From Clostridia bacterium (GTDB lineage: Bacteria; Bacillota; Clostridia; Oscillospirales; CAG-272): a stretch of 64,000 nucleotides of DNA. The notes below the pieces were generated by a model that was not told the origin of the DNA, did no database searches, and was given only the letters and a program-made list of their open reading frames with translations. Made by a program: the position numbers and the translations under genes. Positions 44,484-54,696 of this stretch are shown in pieces. Position 1 is the first letter of the stretch. Each line of letters begins with the position of its first letter. The DNA is taken from positions 14,093 to 78,092 of the forward strand of contig JAFVOQ010000034.1 in the NCBI GenBank assembly GCA_017505785.1, written 5' to 3'.

Positions 44484-44523
44484 AGGTGCAAATTTTAACG
44501 AATTTCAATTTTTGGTATCCCCC

Positions 44524-44552
44524 TTGTCAAAAAGGGAAAAATATGCTATAAT
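44524..44552 (+). promoter_or_regulatory. Sigma-A type promoter of prfB
   Basis: TTGTCA, 17-nt spacer, TATAAT. Confidence 0.55.
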
Positions 44553-44605
44553 TATTACAATTAGTTATTATGGAAAATGTCGCTTATGCGGCGGGAGGTA
44601 CTTTT

Positions 44606-45712
44606 TTGATTATCGCACTTGAAAATGCCAGACACGAGCTTATTGATATGCGCGAAAAGCTACAGGATCTTGGAGGCGCGCTTCGCATTGAGGATCTTGC
44701 CGCACGCGTGGCGGAGCTTGAGCAAAAAACCGCAGACCCCTCGTTTTGGGCAGATCCCAATTCCGCAAAGGTCTTGCAGGAATTAAAGCAAAGCAAGGAT
44801 ACCATTGCCGAATACGAGGCACTTTGCGCACGCCTTGAGGATGCCATAGCCTTGGCGGAGATCGCAATCGAGGCAGAGGATGAGAGCTGTGTTGAGGAGG
44901 TCGAAGGCGAGCTTGCGGCAATCATTGAAGCGGAAGATACCCAGCGTATGGAGGTGCTCCTTAACGGGGAATATGACCGTAGCAATGCGATTGTTTCCTT
45001 CCACCCGGGCGCGGGTGGCACCGAGGCGCAGGATTGGGCGCAGATGCTATACCGTATGATCACACGCTGGGCAGAGCGTCGCGGCTTCAAATATAAGCTG
45101 GTTGACTGGCTTGACGGCGACATGGCGGGTATTAAGAGTGCTACCATTATGGTAGAGGGTACAAACGCCTACGGGTACCTCAAAAGCGAAAACGGCGTGC
45201 ACCGCCTGGTGCGCGTATCGCCCTTTGATGCCGCAGGCAGACGTCAGACATCCTTTGCCTCGATCGAGGTCATGCCCGAGTTTGATGATGTGGATGCCGT
45301 AGAGATCCGCGATGAGGATATTGAGGTCACTGCCCACCGTTCGAGTGGTGCGGGCGGTCAGCACATCAATAAAACCGACTCTGCCATTCGTATTTTGCAT
45401 AAGCCTACGGGTATTGTGGTCGGTTGCCAGACCGAGCGCAGTCAGCTGCAAAACAAGGAAACTGCCATGAAGATGCTCAAGGCAAAGCTCATGGAGATCA
45501 AGCTTCGCGAGCGCCTGGATACCATTGAGGAAATTCAGGGCAATAAGGTGAATATCGAGTGGGGCTCACAGATCCGTTCCTACGTGTTTATGCCCTACAC
45601 ACTCGCAAAAGATACCAGAACGGGATTTGAAAACGGCAATATCGGTGCTGTTATGGACGGCGATATCGACGGATTTATCAATGCATATCTTAAAATGAAC
45701 GCAGGTCAGTAA
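44606..45712 (+). CDS. prfB: Peptide chain release factor 2 (single frame, no programmed frameshift)
   Basis: SPF tripeptide (RVSPFDA) and GGQ motif (SGAGGQHINK). The likely start is TTG 44606, 7 nt after GGGAGG. The tracked ATG at 44570 lacks an RBS. Confidence 0.9.
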   Translation: MIIALENARHELIDMREKLQDLGGALRIEDLAARVAELEQKTADPSFWADPNSAKVLQELKQSKDTIAEYEALCARLEDAIALAEIAIEAEDESCVEEVEGELAAIIEAEDTQRMEVLLNGEYDRSNAIVSFHPGAGGTEAQDWAQMLYRMITRWAERRGFKYKLVDWLDGDMAGIKSATIMVEGTNAYGYLKSENGVHRLVRVSPFDAAGRRQTSFASIEVMPEFDDVDAVEIRDEDIEVTAHRSSGAGGQHINKTDSAIRILHKPTGIVVGCQTERSQLQNKETAMKMLKAKLMEIKLRERLDTIEEIQGNKVNIEWGSQIRSYVFMPYTLAKDTRTGFENGNIGAVMDGDIDGFINAYLKMNAGQ

Positions 45713-45727
45713 GGGGAGGTGCGCTGC

Positions 45728-46036
45728 ATGAAAATGAAGAAAGAAACCAAAGAGATCTTGGGGCTTTCTGCAGTGTTTTCAGCTTTGGTGCTAACAGTTA
45801 CTTTTATCGTGCTTGCCATTCGGCGCAGAAGCGTTACCGAAGCACTACTCGCGCTTGCCGCGGCTACAGGCAGTACGGTCGGTGCGGCACTTTTGCTTGA
45901 TGCCGTTGTTGCGCCCGATCCCGAAGGGGAGGGCGTTGTGATGCCGAGCGAGGAGGAGAAGACCGCCGATGCCCCCGAGCTTTTTGAGGGTGAGGGGTGC
46001 GAAGCCGCCGAGCATGCAATACGGCAGGCACTTTGA
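45728..46036 (+). CDS. Hypothetical small membrane protein
   Basis: ATG lies 8 nt after GGGGAGG. One or two hydrophobic helices and an acidic tail. No family recognised. Confidence 0.45.
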   Translation: MKMKKETKEILGLSAVFSALVLTVTFIVLAIRRRSVTEALLALAAATGSTVGAALLLDAVVAPDPEGEGVVMPSEEEKTADAPELFEGEGCEAAEHAIRQAL

Positions 46037-46068
46037 CAAAAATAAAATCTAAATAAGGAGGGGAAAAG

Positions 46069-47439
46069 ATGAAGAGCTTTTTAAGGAGCATCAGCGCGAT
46101 GCTATTGATCGTTTTTTTTGCCTCCTTTTGTCTTTGGCGATATGAAAAGCTTTCTTTTATCGATGACGTTACCGCGTATTTTAGCGGTGCGCTTGATCGC
46201 TTTGACCGTTTGCTGGCGTTAGCAGAACCGAAAGGTGAGGAAGAAGAGGAGCAGCCAAGCGGCCCCGTTGATAGCGGCAGTAACTATACCGATTACAATC
46301 CTGCTGTCAAGGTGGATGCCACCTTGGAGGAAGCTCTGCGCCAAGGTCTTAACAATATGGAGAGTGTGATCGATCTTTCCGCACTTTCTCCGACGAAGGA
46401 TGCGGTAAAGGCGGCGATGTCTTCCATTATATACTCCTCGCCCGAATATTTTTATTTGCAATCCGCATACGGCATATCCTCAAGCGAGGGGGCGGTTGTT
46501 TCTGTTACGCCAACCTATACTGCCACCAAGGAAGAAGTGCTTGGAATGCGTGAGATCTATCAGGAAAGGCTTGCCGAGATCGTAGCGGGCGCACCGGAAA
46601 ACGGTTCGGATTTTGATAAGATCCTCTACTTACATGATTATTTCATACGAAATTACACCTATGACGAAACGCTTACCATTCGTGACGCATACACCTTTTT
46701 TACGCAAAAAACAGGTGTTTGTCAGGCGTATATGCTGGGTTTGATCGCCGCGGCAAGAGAGCTGGGGCTTGAATCCATACCCGTAACAAGCGATGCAATG
46801 AAGCATGCGTGGAATTTGGTAAAGATCGACGGTGCGTGGTATCATGTGGACATTACGTGGGATGATAACAAAAGCCACCCCACGCTTACCTCTTATACGT
46901 ATTTTCTGCAAAGCGATGCGGGGCTCGTTGCCATAGATGCGGCAAGGAAGGAAGCTGACCGTCACCGCGCTTGGGCAACGGCAAAAGCGGCAAGTGATAC
47001 CAAGTATGACGGTGCCGCATTTCGCACATCCAATTCTCCGATTTTAAAGCACGGGGGCGTATATTATCTCAGTGTAAGTGCTTCCGGTGGCTCTGCGCGC
47101 GGCATGATCCTATCCGGCACCGATATTACCGCCCTGACACACTTTCTTGATATCAAGGGCGGCTACTGGGTAGCAGAGGGCAATCGGTATTACACAGGTT
47201 GTTATGCGGATCTTGCGGTCGAAAACGGATATCTTTACTATACCTCGGGCAATTCCGTGAGTCGTGTTCGCCTCACTGCTCCCCAAACCGATTATAAGGT
47301 TTACCTGATTACCGAGCTTGGTGAGGGGGAGAGCATATACGGTATTGTAGGTATTGAGAACGGCAAGCTGACCTATCTAAAGGCGGCTACCCCTTATGCG
47401 AAAGCATATACCGTTGGTACGTTAGATGTTGCACAGTAA
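46069..47439 (+). CDS. Membrane-anchored transglutaminase-like (papain-fold) domain protein
   Basis: N-terminal TM helix. Core GVCQAYMLGL...HAWNLVKIDGAWYHVDITWDD provides the Cys-His-Asp pattern of transglutaminase-like enzymes. Confidence 0.7.
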   Translation: MKSFLRSISAMLLIVFFASFCLWRYEKLSFIDDVTAYFSGALDRFDRLLALAEPKGEEEEEQPSGPVDSGSNYTDYNPAVKVDATLEEALRQGLNNMESVIDLSALSPTKDAVKAAMSSIIYSSPEYFYLQSAYGISSSEGAVVSVTPTYTATKEEVLGMREIYQERLAEIVAGAPENGSDFDKILYLHDYFIRNYTYDETLTIRDAYTFFTQKTGVCQAYMLGLIAAARELGLESIPVTSDAMKHAWNLVKIDGAWYHVDITWDDNKSHPTLTSYTYFLQSDAGLVAIDAARKEADRHRAWATAKAASDTKYDGAAFRTSNSPILKHGGVYYLSVSASGGSARGMILSGTDITALTHFLDIKGGYWVAEGNRYYTGCYADLAVENGYLYYTSGNSVSRVRLTAPQTDYKVYLITELGEGESIYGIVGIENGKLTYLKAATPYAKAYTVGTLDVAQ

Positions 47440-47460
47440 AAGTAGCCTTATCGTAAATAA

Positions 47461-47500
47461 AGCTGCCCCCACTTGCGCGAACAGCGCAAGTGGGGGCAGC
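47461..47500. terminator. Bidirectional terminator between convergent genes
   Basis: AGCTGCCCCCACTTGCGC / GCGCAAGTGGGGGCAGCT 18-bp stem. Confidence 0.8.
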
Positions 47501-47525
47501 TTTGTGATACGGGGAAGTTACAGCG

Positions 47526-48740
47526 TTATTTTGTTACCGCGCGGCGGTAGTTCTTTTTGCCACGCTTGATAAGCAAACCGTTTTCGAGCTCTGCCTTGGT
47601 ATAGGCTTTGCTAATATCGGTTACCTTATCACCGTCAACCGTGACACCGCCCTGCTGTACGTTGCGGCGTGCCTCGGATTTGGAGGCGCAGAGCTCAGTT
47701 TTCACAAGTAAGGTAAGAATATCGATCGCACCGTCAACAAGGTCGTCGTCGGTGAGCTCGGTGGTGGGGGCATCTGCGGCGGAGCCGGCACCGAACAGTG
47801 CCTTGGCACTTGCCTCTGCCTTTACGGCCTCTTCCTCCCCGTGCACCAGCTTGGTGAGCTCATAGGCAAGGATCTCCTTGGCGCGGTTGAGCTGCTCGCC
47901 CTCCCAAGTGTCCATTTTGTCGATCTCCTCGAGGGGCAGGAAGGTGAGCATGCGGATGCACTTCAGAACGTCGGCGTCGCCCACGTTGCGCCAATACTGG
48001 TAAAACTCGTAAGGGGTAGTCTTTTCGGGGTCAAGCCAAACCGCACCGCTTGCGGTCTTGCCCATTTTCTTGCCCTCGGAATTGAGCAGCAGGGTAATGG
48101 TCATGGCATAGGCATCCTTGCCAAGCTTTTTGCGGATCAGCTCAGTGCCGCCAAGCATGTTCGACCATTGATCGTCGCCGCCAAACTGCATGTTGCAGTT
48201 GTAGGTCTTAAAGAGATGATAAAAGTCGTAGGATTGCATGATCATGTAGTTAAATTCAAGGAAGGAGAGTCCCTTTTCCATGCGCTGCTTATAGCATTCG
48301 GCGGAAAGCATCTTGTTGACCGAGAAGCACGCGCCCACGTCACGCAGCACATCTACGTAGTTGAGGTCAAGCAGCCAATCGGCATTGTTGACCAAAATGG
48401 CGTTGTTAAAGTCAATGAAGCGTGACATTTGCTTTTTAAAGCATGCAACGTTATGGTCAATGGTTTCACGTGTCATCATTTTACGCATGTCGGTTCTGCC
48501 CGAGGGGTCGCCGATCATGGCAGTGCCGCCACCGATCAGCACCACAGGCTTATTGCCTGCCATTTGCAGGCGCTTCATCAGGCAAAGTGCCATAAAGTGT
48601 CCTACGTGCAGGGAATCTGCCGTGGGGTCAAAGCCAATATAGAAGGTCGCCTTTCCCTCGTTTACAAGCTCACGGATCTCGGCCTCGTCTGTGACCTGTG
48701 CAATCAACCCTCTTTTGACAAGCTCTTCGTAAATTTTCAT
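47526..48740 (-). CDS. tyrS: Tyrosine--tRNA ligase
   Basis: HIGH-type motif (SLHVGH), KMSKS-type motif (KMGKT) and a C-terminal S4 domain. Confidence 0.95.
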   Translation of the reverse strand: MKIYEELVKRGLIAQVTDEAEIRELVNEGKATFYIGFDPTADSLHVGHFMALCLMKRLQMAGNKPVVLIGGGTAMIGDPSGRTDMRKMMTRETIDHNVACFKKQMSRFIDFNNAILVNNADWLLDLNYVDVLRDVGACFSVNKMLSAECYKQRMEKGLSFLEFNYMIMQSYDFYHLFKTYNCNMQFGGDDQWSNMLGGTELIRKKLGKDAYAMTITLLLNSEGKKMGKTASGAVWLDPEKTTPYEFYQYWRNVGDADVLKCIRMLTFLPLEEIDKMDTWEGEQLNRAKEILAYELTKLVHGEEEAVKAEASAKALFGAGSAADAPTTELTDDDLVDGAIDILTLLVKTELCASKSEARRNVQQGGVTVDGDKVTDISKAYTKAELENGLLIKRGKKNYRRAVTK

Positions 48741-48744
48741 CGTC

Positions 48745-49017
48745 TATCTCCTTAGCAAAACAAAATAAAAACGCCCCCCTGCCACACGGCAAGAGGGCGA
48801 AGGATCGCGGTACCACCTCTGTTACCGCCCGGGGGCGGCATCTCAAACGGCATGCGCCGTGCTCGCGTAACGGGCGAAACCGTCGCAGCCTACTAAGGCA
48901 GTCCCTTTCGGTGCGCAACTCGCGAATGTACTTGGGCAAGCGCACCCTCCGTTTTACACCAACCAACGGCTCTCTTTGCGGCGCATGCTCGCTTACTCTT
49001 TCGGTCACAGTCTTTAC
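48745..49017 (-). promoter_or_regulatory. T-box riboswitch leader (Tyr specifier) of tyrS
   Basis: On the minus strand: AGAGAG motif; candidate specifier UAC followed by A (plus 48928-48930); T-box AACAGAGGUGGUACCGCG (about 48806-48823); terminator 48772-48799 followed by a U run. Confidence 0.85.
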
Positions 49018-49023
49018 CAAATT

Positions 49024-49052
49024 AGTATAACACACCTTTTTTTGCTTGTCAA
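49024..49052 (-). promoter_or_regulatory. Sigma-A type promoter of the tyrS leader
   Basis: On the minus strand: TTGACA, 17-nt spacer, TATACT. Confidence 0.65.
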
Positions 49053-49161
49053 GCCCAATTTTAATGTTGTGTGCAGTACTTGACTTTTTATAGGTTTTGT
49101 TATAAAATAATATATTGATATCCATAGATGCTGCCACGTGCGGCGCAACGGAGGATTGTAT

Positions 49162-50022
49162 ATGAAACAAAATCTGCTTCAGCAAATGACAGCGCGCATG
49201 CCCGAATTTTCAAAGGGACAGCGCCTGATCGCGCAATATATCTTAAATCATTACGACCGCGCGGCGTATATGACGGCATCGCGCCTCGGCAGCCTCGTGG
49301 CGGTATCCGAGTCCACCGTTGTGCGCTTTGCCAATGAGCTTGGGTTTGCGGGCTATCCCGAAATGCAGCGCGCCCTGCAGGAGCTTGCCAAAACCAATCT
49401 TACAGCCGCGCAGCGTATGCAGGTTGCAGATAATCTGCTCGATAAGAACAATATCCTCGATCACGTGCTTCAGGCCGATGCGGATAAGATCCGCCACACG
49501 CTTGATGCCATCGATCGCGATGCATTTTACGGTGCTGTTGAAAAAATCGTGGCGGCGCGCAATATCTATATTTTGGGTGTGCGCTCCTCCTCTGCACTTG
49601 CTGATTTTCTGACCTTTAATTTCCGCATGATGTTTGATAACGTGCGTGCGGTGGAGGCAACGACGGGCACCGAAATTTTTGAGCAGCTGCTGGATATTGG
49701 CCCCCAAGATGTTTTTATTGCGATCAGCTTTCCGCGGTATTCCAAGCGTACGGTACGTGCCGTGGAATTTGCACACCGTGCGGGTGCTGACGTTGTGGCA
49801 CTCACTGACAGTGCCACATCGCCCCTTGCCCCCGAAAGCGACCAGCTTTTAACGGCGCGCAGTGACATGGCTTCCTTTGTGGATTCCCTGGTGGCACCGC
49901 TTAGCATCATCAATGCCATGGTGGCGGCGGTATCGATGCGCAAGCACGACGAGGTTACCGATCGCTTGCACCGTCTTGAGCGTATTTGGGATGAATACGA
50001 CGTGTACGACAAAAACAGTTGA
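49162..50022 (+). CDS. MurR/RpiR family transcriptional regulator (HTH_6 + SIS)
   Basis: Start at M9 of the tracked ORF (RBS GGAGGA). The N-terminus FSKGQRLIAQYILNHYDRAAYMTASRLGSLVAVSESTVVRFA is the RpiR HTH. The C-terminal domain is SIS-like. Confidence 0.85.
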   Translation: MKQNLLQQMTARMPEFSKGQRLIAQYILNHYDRAAYMTASRLGSLVAVSESTVVRFANELGFAGYPEMQRALQELAKTNLTAAQRMQVADNLLDKNNILDHVLQADADKIRHTLDAIDRDAFYGAVEKIVAARNIYILGVRSSSALADFLTFNFRMMFDNVRAVEATTGTEIFEQLLDIGPQDVFIAISFPRYSKRTVRAVEFAHRAGADVVALTDSATSPLAPESDQLLTARSDMASFVDSLVAPLSIINAMVAAVSMRKHDEVTDRLHRLERIWDEYDVYDKNS

Positions 50023-50024
50023 GT

Positions 50025-51266
50025 ATGGCAGTAACAGTTGCTGTAATTGGTGGAGGTGCGGCAGGGCTGATGGCGGCAATACACGCCGCGCGCCTTGGTG
50101 CTACCGTTACCGTTTTTGAAAAAAATGAACGCTGCGGGCGTAAGCTTCGCATTACGGGCAAGGGTAGATGTAACGTCACAAATCATTGCACACGTGATGT
50201 GTTTTTTGCAAATGTTACGGGCAATGCGCGTTTCCTTTTTTCCGCATGGGATCGGTTTTGCGCGGAGGATACCGAAGCCTTTTTTGAGGAGCTTGGCGTG
50301 CCACTGAAGATCGAGCGCGGCAATCGCGTGTTTCCCGTTTCCGATAAGGCGACCGATATCGTAGATGCGCTGGTGCGCGAATGCCGCAAAACGGGGGTTC
50401 ATATTGGGTGTGAAACCGTCACCGATCTGCTCCTTGACGGGGAAAGCGTGCTTGGTGTGCGTACCTCGCGCGGTGAAACGCAATTTGATGCCGTGATCGT
50501 GGCAACAGGCGGTGTTTCCTACCCCTTGACGGGCTCTACGGGTGACGGCTATCGCTTTGCTTTGGCGGCAGGGCATACGGTTGTGCCCCCAACGCCCTCG
50601 TTGGTCCCCTTGGTGGAGGACGGCAATTTTTGTGCCTCGGTACAAGGTCTTTCCCTAAGAAATGTGCGCCTCGCGGTACATGATGCGGTGAAAAACAAGA
50701 CCGTGTTTGAGGATTTCGGCGAAATGCTTTTTACGCATTACGGGCTTTCAGGGCCACTTGTGCTCTCGGCATCGGCGCACTTGGCCGATATGTCGGTGGG
50801 GCGTTATACGCTTTTCATTGACCTCAAGCCCGCGCTTGACGAAAAAACGCTGGATGCACGCCTTTTGTCGGATTTTAGAAAGTATCAAAACCGCGATTTT
50901 CTAAACGCGCTTTCCGATCTTTTGCCGCAAAAGCTGATCGCACCCTTGGTGCGCCTTTCGGGTATTGATGCGCGCAAAAAGGTCAATGCTATCACAAGAG
51001 AGGAGCGCCTGGCATTTCTTGCGCTTTTGAAGCACCTTCCCGTAAAGGTGCGCGGATTTCGCCCCATTGCCGAGGCGATCATCACCAAGGGCGGTGTTTC
51101 CCTAACCGAGATCTCGCCTCGCACTATGGCATCAAAAAAGGCACGGGGGCTCTATTTTGCGGGCGAGGTGCTTGATCTTGATGCTTATACCGGCGGCTTT
51201 AATTTGCAAATTGCGTTTTCCACCGCGGTTCTCGCGGGAGAGAGCGCCGCATGTATGATAGAATAG
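50025..51266 (+). CDS. HI0933/BaiN-like NAD(P)/FAD-dependent flavoprotein
   Basis: Dinucleotide motif VAVIGGGAAGLMAA followed by GRKLRITGKGRCNVTN, typical of the HI0933 family. Confidence 0.85.
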   Translation: MAVTVAVIGGGAAGLMAAIHAARLGATVTVFEKNERCGRKLRITGKGRCNVTNHCTRDVFFANVTGNARFLFSAWDRFCAEDTEAFFEELGVPLKIERGNRVFPVSDKATDIVDALVRECRKTGVHIGCETVTDLLLDGESVLGVRTSRGETQFDAVIVATGGVSYPLTGSTGDGYRFALAAGHTVVPPTPSLVPLVEDGNFCASVQGLSLRNVRLAVHDAVKNKTVFEDFGEMLFTHYGLSGPLVLSASAHLADMSVGRYTLFIDLKPALDEKTLDARLLSDFRKYQNRDFLNALSDLLPQKLIAPLVRLSGIDARKKVNAITREERLAFLALLKHLPVKVRGFRPIAEAIITKGGVSLTEISPRTMASKKARGLYFAGEVLDLDAYTGGFNLQIAFSTAVLAGESAACMIE

Positions 51267-51286
51267 CTAAAACGAGGAGAAACAGC

Positions 51287-51961
51287 ATGATCAGAATTGC
51301 CATTGACGGCCCCAGTGGGGCGGGTAAAAGCAGCATAGCAAAGGCTGTTGCCGCACGGCTCGGCATTGTTTACGTGGATACGGGTGCGCTTTACCGTACG
51401 GTTGGCTACTATGTGAGAAGCCGCGGCTTTTCGCGCACCGATACCGAGGGCATCATCTCTTGCTTGCCCCATATCAAGATCGAGGTGCGCTATGAAAACG
51501 GCGCACAGCACGTATATTTGAACGGCGAGGATCTTGGTGACCGCATTCGTGAGCCCGAGATCTCCATGTACGCATCTGCCGTATCTGCCGTACCCGCCGT
51601 GCGTGATTTTTTGCTGGATACACAGCGTGATATCGCCGCCAAAAACAGCGTTATTATGGACGGACGCGATATCGGCACTGTTATTTTGCCCCATGCCGAT
51701 GTGAAGATCTTTATGACCGCATCCAACGAGGCGCGTGCACTGCGCCGCACCAAGGAGCTTGCCGCAAAGGGCATGCCCGCCTGCTACGAGGATGTGCTGC
51801 GCGAGATGATCGAGCGTGACAGTAATGACCGCAACCGTGCCGTAGCACCTGCTGTGGCAGCTCCCGATGCCGTTTTGCTTGATAACTCCCACATGAGCAT
51901 TGAGGAAAATGTGGAGGCGGTTTTGGCGATCATTCGAGAAAAAAGCGGTGTAACGGTATGA
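51287..51961 (+). CDS. cmk: Cytidylate kinase
   Basis: Start at M13 of the tracked ORF. P-loop IAIDGPSGAGKSS. Confidence 0.95.
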   Translation: MIRIAIDGPSGAGKSSIAKAVAARLGIVYVDTGALYRTVGYYVRSRGFSRTDTEGIISCLPHIKIEVRYENGAQHVYLNGEDLGDRIREPEISMYASAVSAVPAVRDFLLDTQRDIAAKNSVIMDGRDIGTVILPHADVKIFMTASNEARALRRTKELAAKGMPACYEDVLREMIERDSNDRNRAVAPAVAAPDAVLLDNSHMSIEENVEAVLAIIREKSGVTV

Positions 51962-52578
51962 AAAGTGTATTTTATGTAATCATTCGCACCCTGCTTGTTA
52001 TCCCTGCCAAGCTTCTGTTTCGCGTTAAGGTGGTAGGCAGAAAAAACGAGCCGAAAAAGAAAGAGGGCGTATATCTTGTCTGCGGCAATCATCAAACCGT
52101 GCTCGACCCCGTGTTTTTGTGCATCGCATTGCGCCGCCAGCAGCCGCATTTTATGGCAAAGGCAGAGCTGTTCCGTGTACCTGTGATCGGCACGCTTGTG
52201 CGCTGGCTTGGTGCGTATCCCGTTTCTCGCGGTAAGGGCGATGTGGGTGCGATCAAGCATGCCATTAAGCTACTTGAGAACGGGAGGAGTATCGGCCTGT
52301 TCCCACAGGGCACGCGCTGTGCCGGTAAGGGTCCGCGCGAGTGCAGGGCAAAAAACGGTGCGGCAATGATCGCTGCGCACGCAAATGCAACGATCCTGCC
52401 CGTGCATATCAAAATGAAAAATTACACCTGGAAATTTTTTAGGCGCGTAACGGTAGTGATCGGTGAACCGATCCCGTTTGAACGCTTTGGCTACGATAAG
52501 GAAGCCACAGGCGAGTACGCACGCATTTCGGCCGAGGTATACGGTGAGATCTGCCGCCTTGGCGACACGGTGAAGTAA
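51958..52578 (+). CDS. plsC: 1-acyl-sn-glycerol-3-phosphate acyltransferase
   Basis: HX4D motif (NHQTVLD) and FPQGTR block. ATGA overlap with cmk. Confidence 0.85.
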   Translation: MKSVFYVIIRTLLVIPAKLLFRVKVVGRKNEPKKKEGVYLVCGNHQTVLDPVFLCIALRRQQPHFMAKAELFRVPVIGTLVRWLGAYPVSRGKGDVGAIKHAIKLLENGRSIGLFPQGTRCAGKGPRECRAKNGAAMIAAHANATILPVHIKMKNYTWKFFRRVTVVIGEPIPFERFGYDKEATGEYARISAEVYGEICRLGDTVK

Positions 52579-54614
52579 TGGAAGTGACGATCGCAAAAAA
52601 TGCGGGCTTTTGCCCCGGTGTTCGCAATGCCACCGAGCGTCTTCATCACCGCATGGAAAATGGGGCGCAGGGCGAGCGCATTGTGACGCTTGGGCATCTC
52701 ATACATAATGAGGAATATAACAGGGGGCTTGCCGCGCGCGGCGTTCGTGCGATCGCGGCGGATGAGCTTGCCTCCCTTGCCGCTACCGCCACACCCGATG
52801 CGCCTATTACGGTTTTTGTGCGCGCACATGGCATCAGCCGCGAGGTAAGAGCGCATTTAGAGGCACTTGCCGCGGCACACGAGGGCTTTTCCTTTGAGGA
52901 TTGCACCTGCCCGTTTGTGACAAAGATCCACCGTATTGCTAAGGACCTGTCGCAAAACGGGGGACAGCACACGCATATTTTTATTTGCATCGGAAATGCC
53001 GCCCACCCGGAGGTGGAGGGCTTTATGAGCTGCTTTGACGGTGAAAAATATGTTTTTGCGAGCTTTTCCGATTTTGAAGCGGCACTTGCCGGTGCACTTG
53101 GGGAGAAGGTTTTGTCAAAAGTGCCCGTAATGGTGGCACAAACGACCCAAAATTTAACAGAATGGAAAAAATGTCAAAAACTTTTAAAAAAGGTCTGTAC
53201 AAATGCTTTAATTTTTGATACAATATGTAATGTTACGGATTCCCGACAGACAGAAGCGGCGGCGCTTGCCGCAATTTCAGACGGTATGATCGTGATTGGT
53301 GGCAAGGAAAGCTCAAACACCGCAAAGCTTTTCGATATCTGCCAGGCACACTGCCCCGAAACCCTCCGTGTGACCGATACGGCGCAAATGCCTTTGGTGA
53401 AAACGTTTTCATTGACCCATCGCAAAGTGGGTATAGTTGCGGGAGCTTCGACCCCGCAAGAGATCATTGAGGAGGTATATAAAACAATGACTGAAGCAGA
53501 AAACTTTGCAAAATTACTCGAAGAGACTGAAGTCAAAAATTTACATACAGGAGCAATCGTTACCGGTACCGTATCTCACGTATCCGACACTGAGCTGCAG
53601 CTGGATCTCGGCGCAGGCGTAACCGGCTACATCAAGGCCGACCGCGTAACCGATGATCCCTCTGTAAAGCTGACTGAGCAGTTCAAGGTAGGCGACACGG
53701 TAGAAGCCAAGGTAGTTCGCGTAAGCGATATCGAGGGTGTAGCTGAGCTTGACAAAAGACGTGTTGACTCCGGCAAGAACTGGGAAAAGATCGTTGCCGC
53801 AAAGGAGGCAAACGAGGTACTTGAAGCAACCGTTGCCGATGTGGTGAAGGGCGGCGTGATCGTGTTCGTTTACGGCAACCGCGTATTTATTCCCGCGTCG
53901 CAAACGGGCGTTCCCAAGGACGGCGATCTCGCTCCTCTTAAGGGCACGAGCATCAAGTTCAAGGTGATCGAAACCAAGGAGCAGGGCCACAAGGCAATCG
54001 GCTCCATTCGTGTTGTGCTTCGCGAGGAGCGCCGCGCAAAGGAAGAGGAATTTTGGGCATCCATTGAGGAGGGTAAGACCTATACCGGTGTTGTAAAGAG
54101 CATGACCTCCTACGGTGCTTTTGTGGATCTTGGCGGTGTTGACGGCATGGTACATACCAGCGAGCTTTCTTGGAAGCACATCAAAAATCCCGCAGAGGTT
54201 CTCTCCGTTGGCGAAACCGTTACTGTTTTTGTGAAGTCCTTTGACCGCGAAAAGAAGCGTATCTCTCTTGGCTACAAGACCGAGGATACCAACCCCTGGT
54301 TCATCTTTACAAACAAGTGCCAGGTTGGTGACGTTGTTCCCGTTAAGATCGTTAGCATGATGCCCTTTGGCGCATTTGCTGAGATCATCGACGGTGTTGA
54401 CGGTCTTATCCACATCTCGCAGATCGCCATGACCCGTATCGGCAAGCCTGCAGATGTTCTTGAGATCGGTCAGTCGGTTGATGCTAAGATCATTGAGATC
54501 GACAGCGAAAAGCAAAAGGTAAGCCTTTCTATCCGTGCACTTCTTGAGGAGGTTGCTGCCGCTGAGGCTGCAATGCCTGAGGAAGCAGTGGAAGAGGCTC
54601 CCGTTGAGGAATAA
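52578..54614 (+). CDS. ispH: Bifunctional 4-hydroxy-3-methylbut-2-enyl diphosphate reductase / ribosomal protein S1 fusion
   Basis: The N-terminal ~285 aa are LytB/IspH-like (MEVTIAKNAGFCPGV). They are followed by four S1 (OB-fold) repeats. Confidence 0.9.
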   Translation: MEVTIAKNAGFCPGVRNATERLHHRMENGAQGERIVTLGHLIHNEEYNRGLAARGVRAIAADELASLAATATPDAPITVFVRAHGISREVRAHLEALAAAHEGFSFEDCTCPFVTKIHRIAKDLSQNGGQHTHIFICIGNAAHPEVEGFMSCFDGEKYVFASFSDFEAALAGALGEKVLSKVPVMVAQTTQNLTEWKKCQKLLKKVCTNALIFDTICNVTDSRQTEAAALAAISDGMIVIGGKESSNTAKLFDICQAHCPETLRVTDTAQMPLVKTFSLTHRKVGIVAGASTPQEIIEEVYKTMTEAENFAKLLEETEVKNLHTGAIVTGTVSHVSDTELQLDLGAGVTGYIKADRVTDDPSVKLTEQFKVGDTVEAKVVRVSDIEGVAELDKRRVDSGKNWEKIVAAKEANEVLEATVADVVKGGVIVFVYGNRVFIPASQTGVPKDGDLAPLKGTSIKFKVIETKEQGHKAIGSIRVVLREERRAKEEEFWASIEEGKTYTGVVKSMTSYGAFVDLGGVDGMVHTSELSWKHIKNPAEVLSVGETVTVFVKSFDREKKRISLGYKTEDTNPWFIFTNKCQVGDVVPVKIVSMMPFGAFAEIIDGVDGLIHISQIAMTRIGKPADVLEIGQSVDAKIIEIDSEKQKVSLSIRALLEEVAAAEAAMPEEAVEEAPVEE

Positions 54615-54625
54615 TTGAAAATTCA

Positions 54626-54669
54626 GGGGACATCGCAAATGCAAGCTGCATTTGCGATGTCCCCTTTAA
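54626..54669 (+). terminator. Terminator after ispH/rpsA
   Basis: GGGGACATCGCAAATGCA / TGCATTTGCGATGTCCCC 18-bp stem followed by TTTAAATTT. Confidence 0.8.
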
Positions 54670-54696
54670 ATTTATATGAAAAATCCCGAAATATCA

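Noticed and set aside
44570-44660. A search for the canonical RF2 frameshift cassette (SD-like sequence + CUU UGA C) in prfB.
   Set aside because: It is not present. The reading frame is continuous through the homologous position. Its absence is reported as a finding; no recoding site is called.
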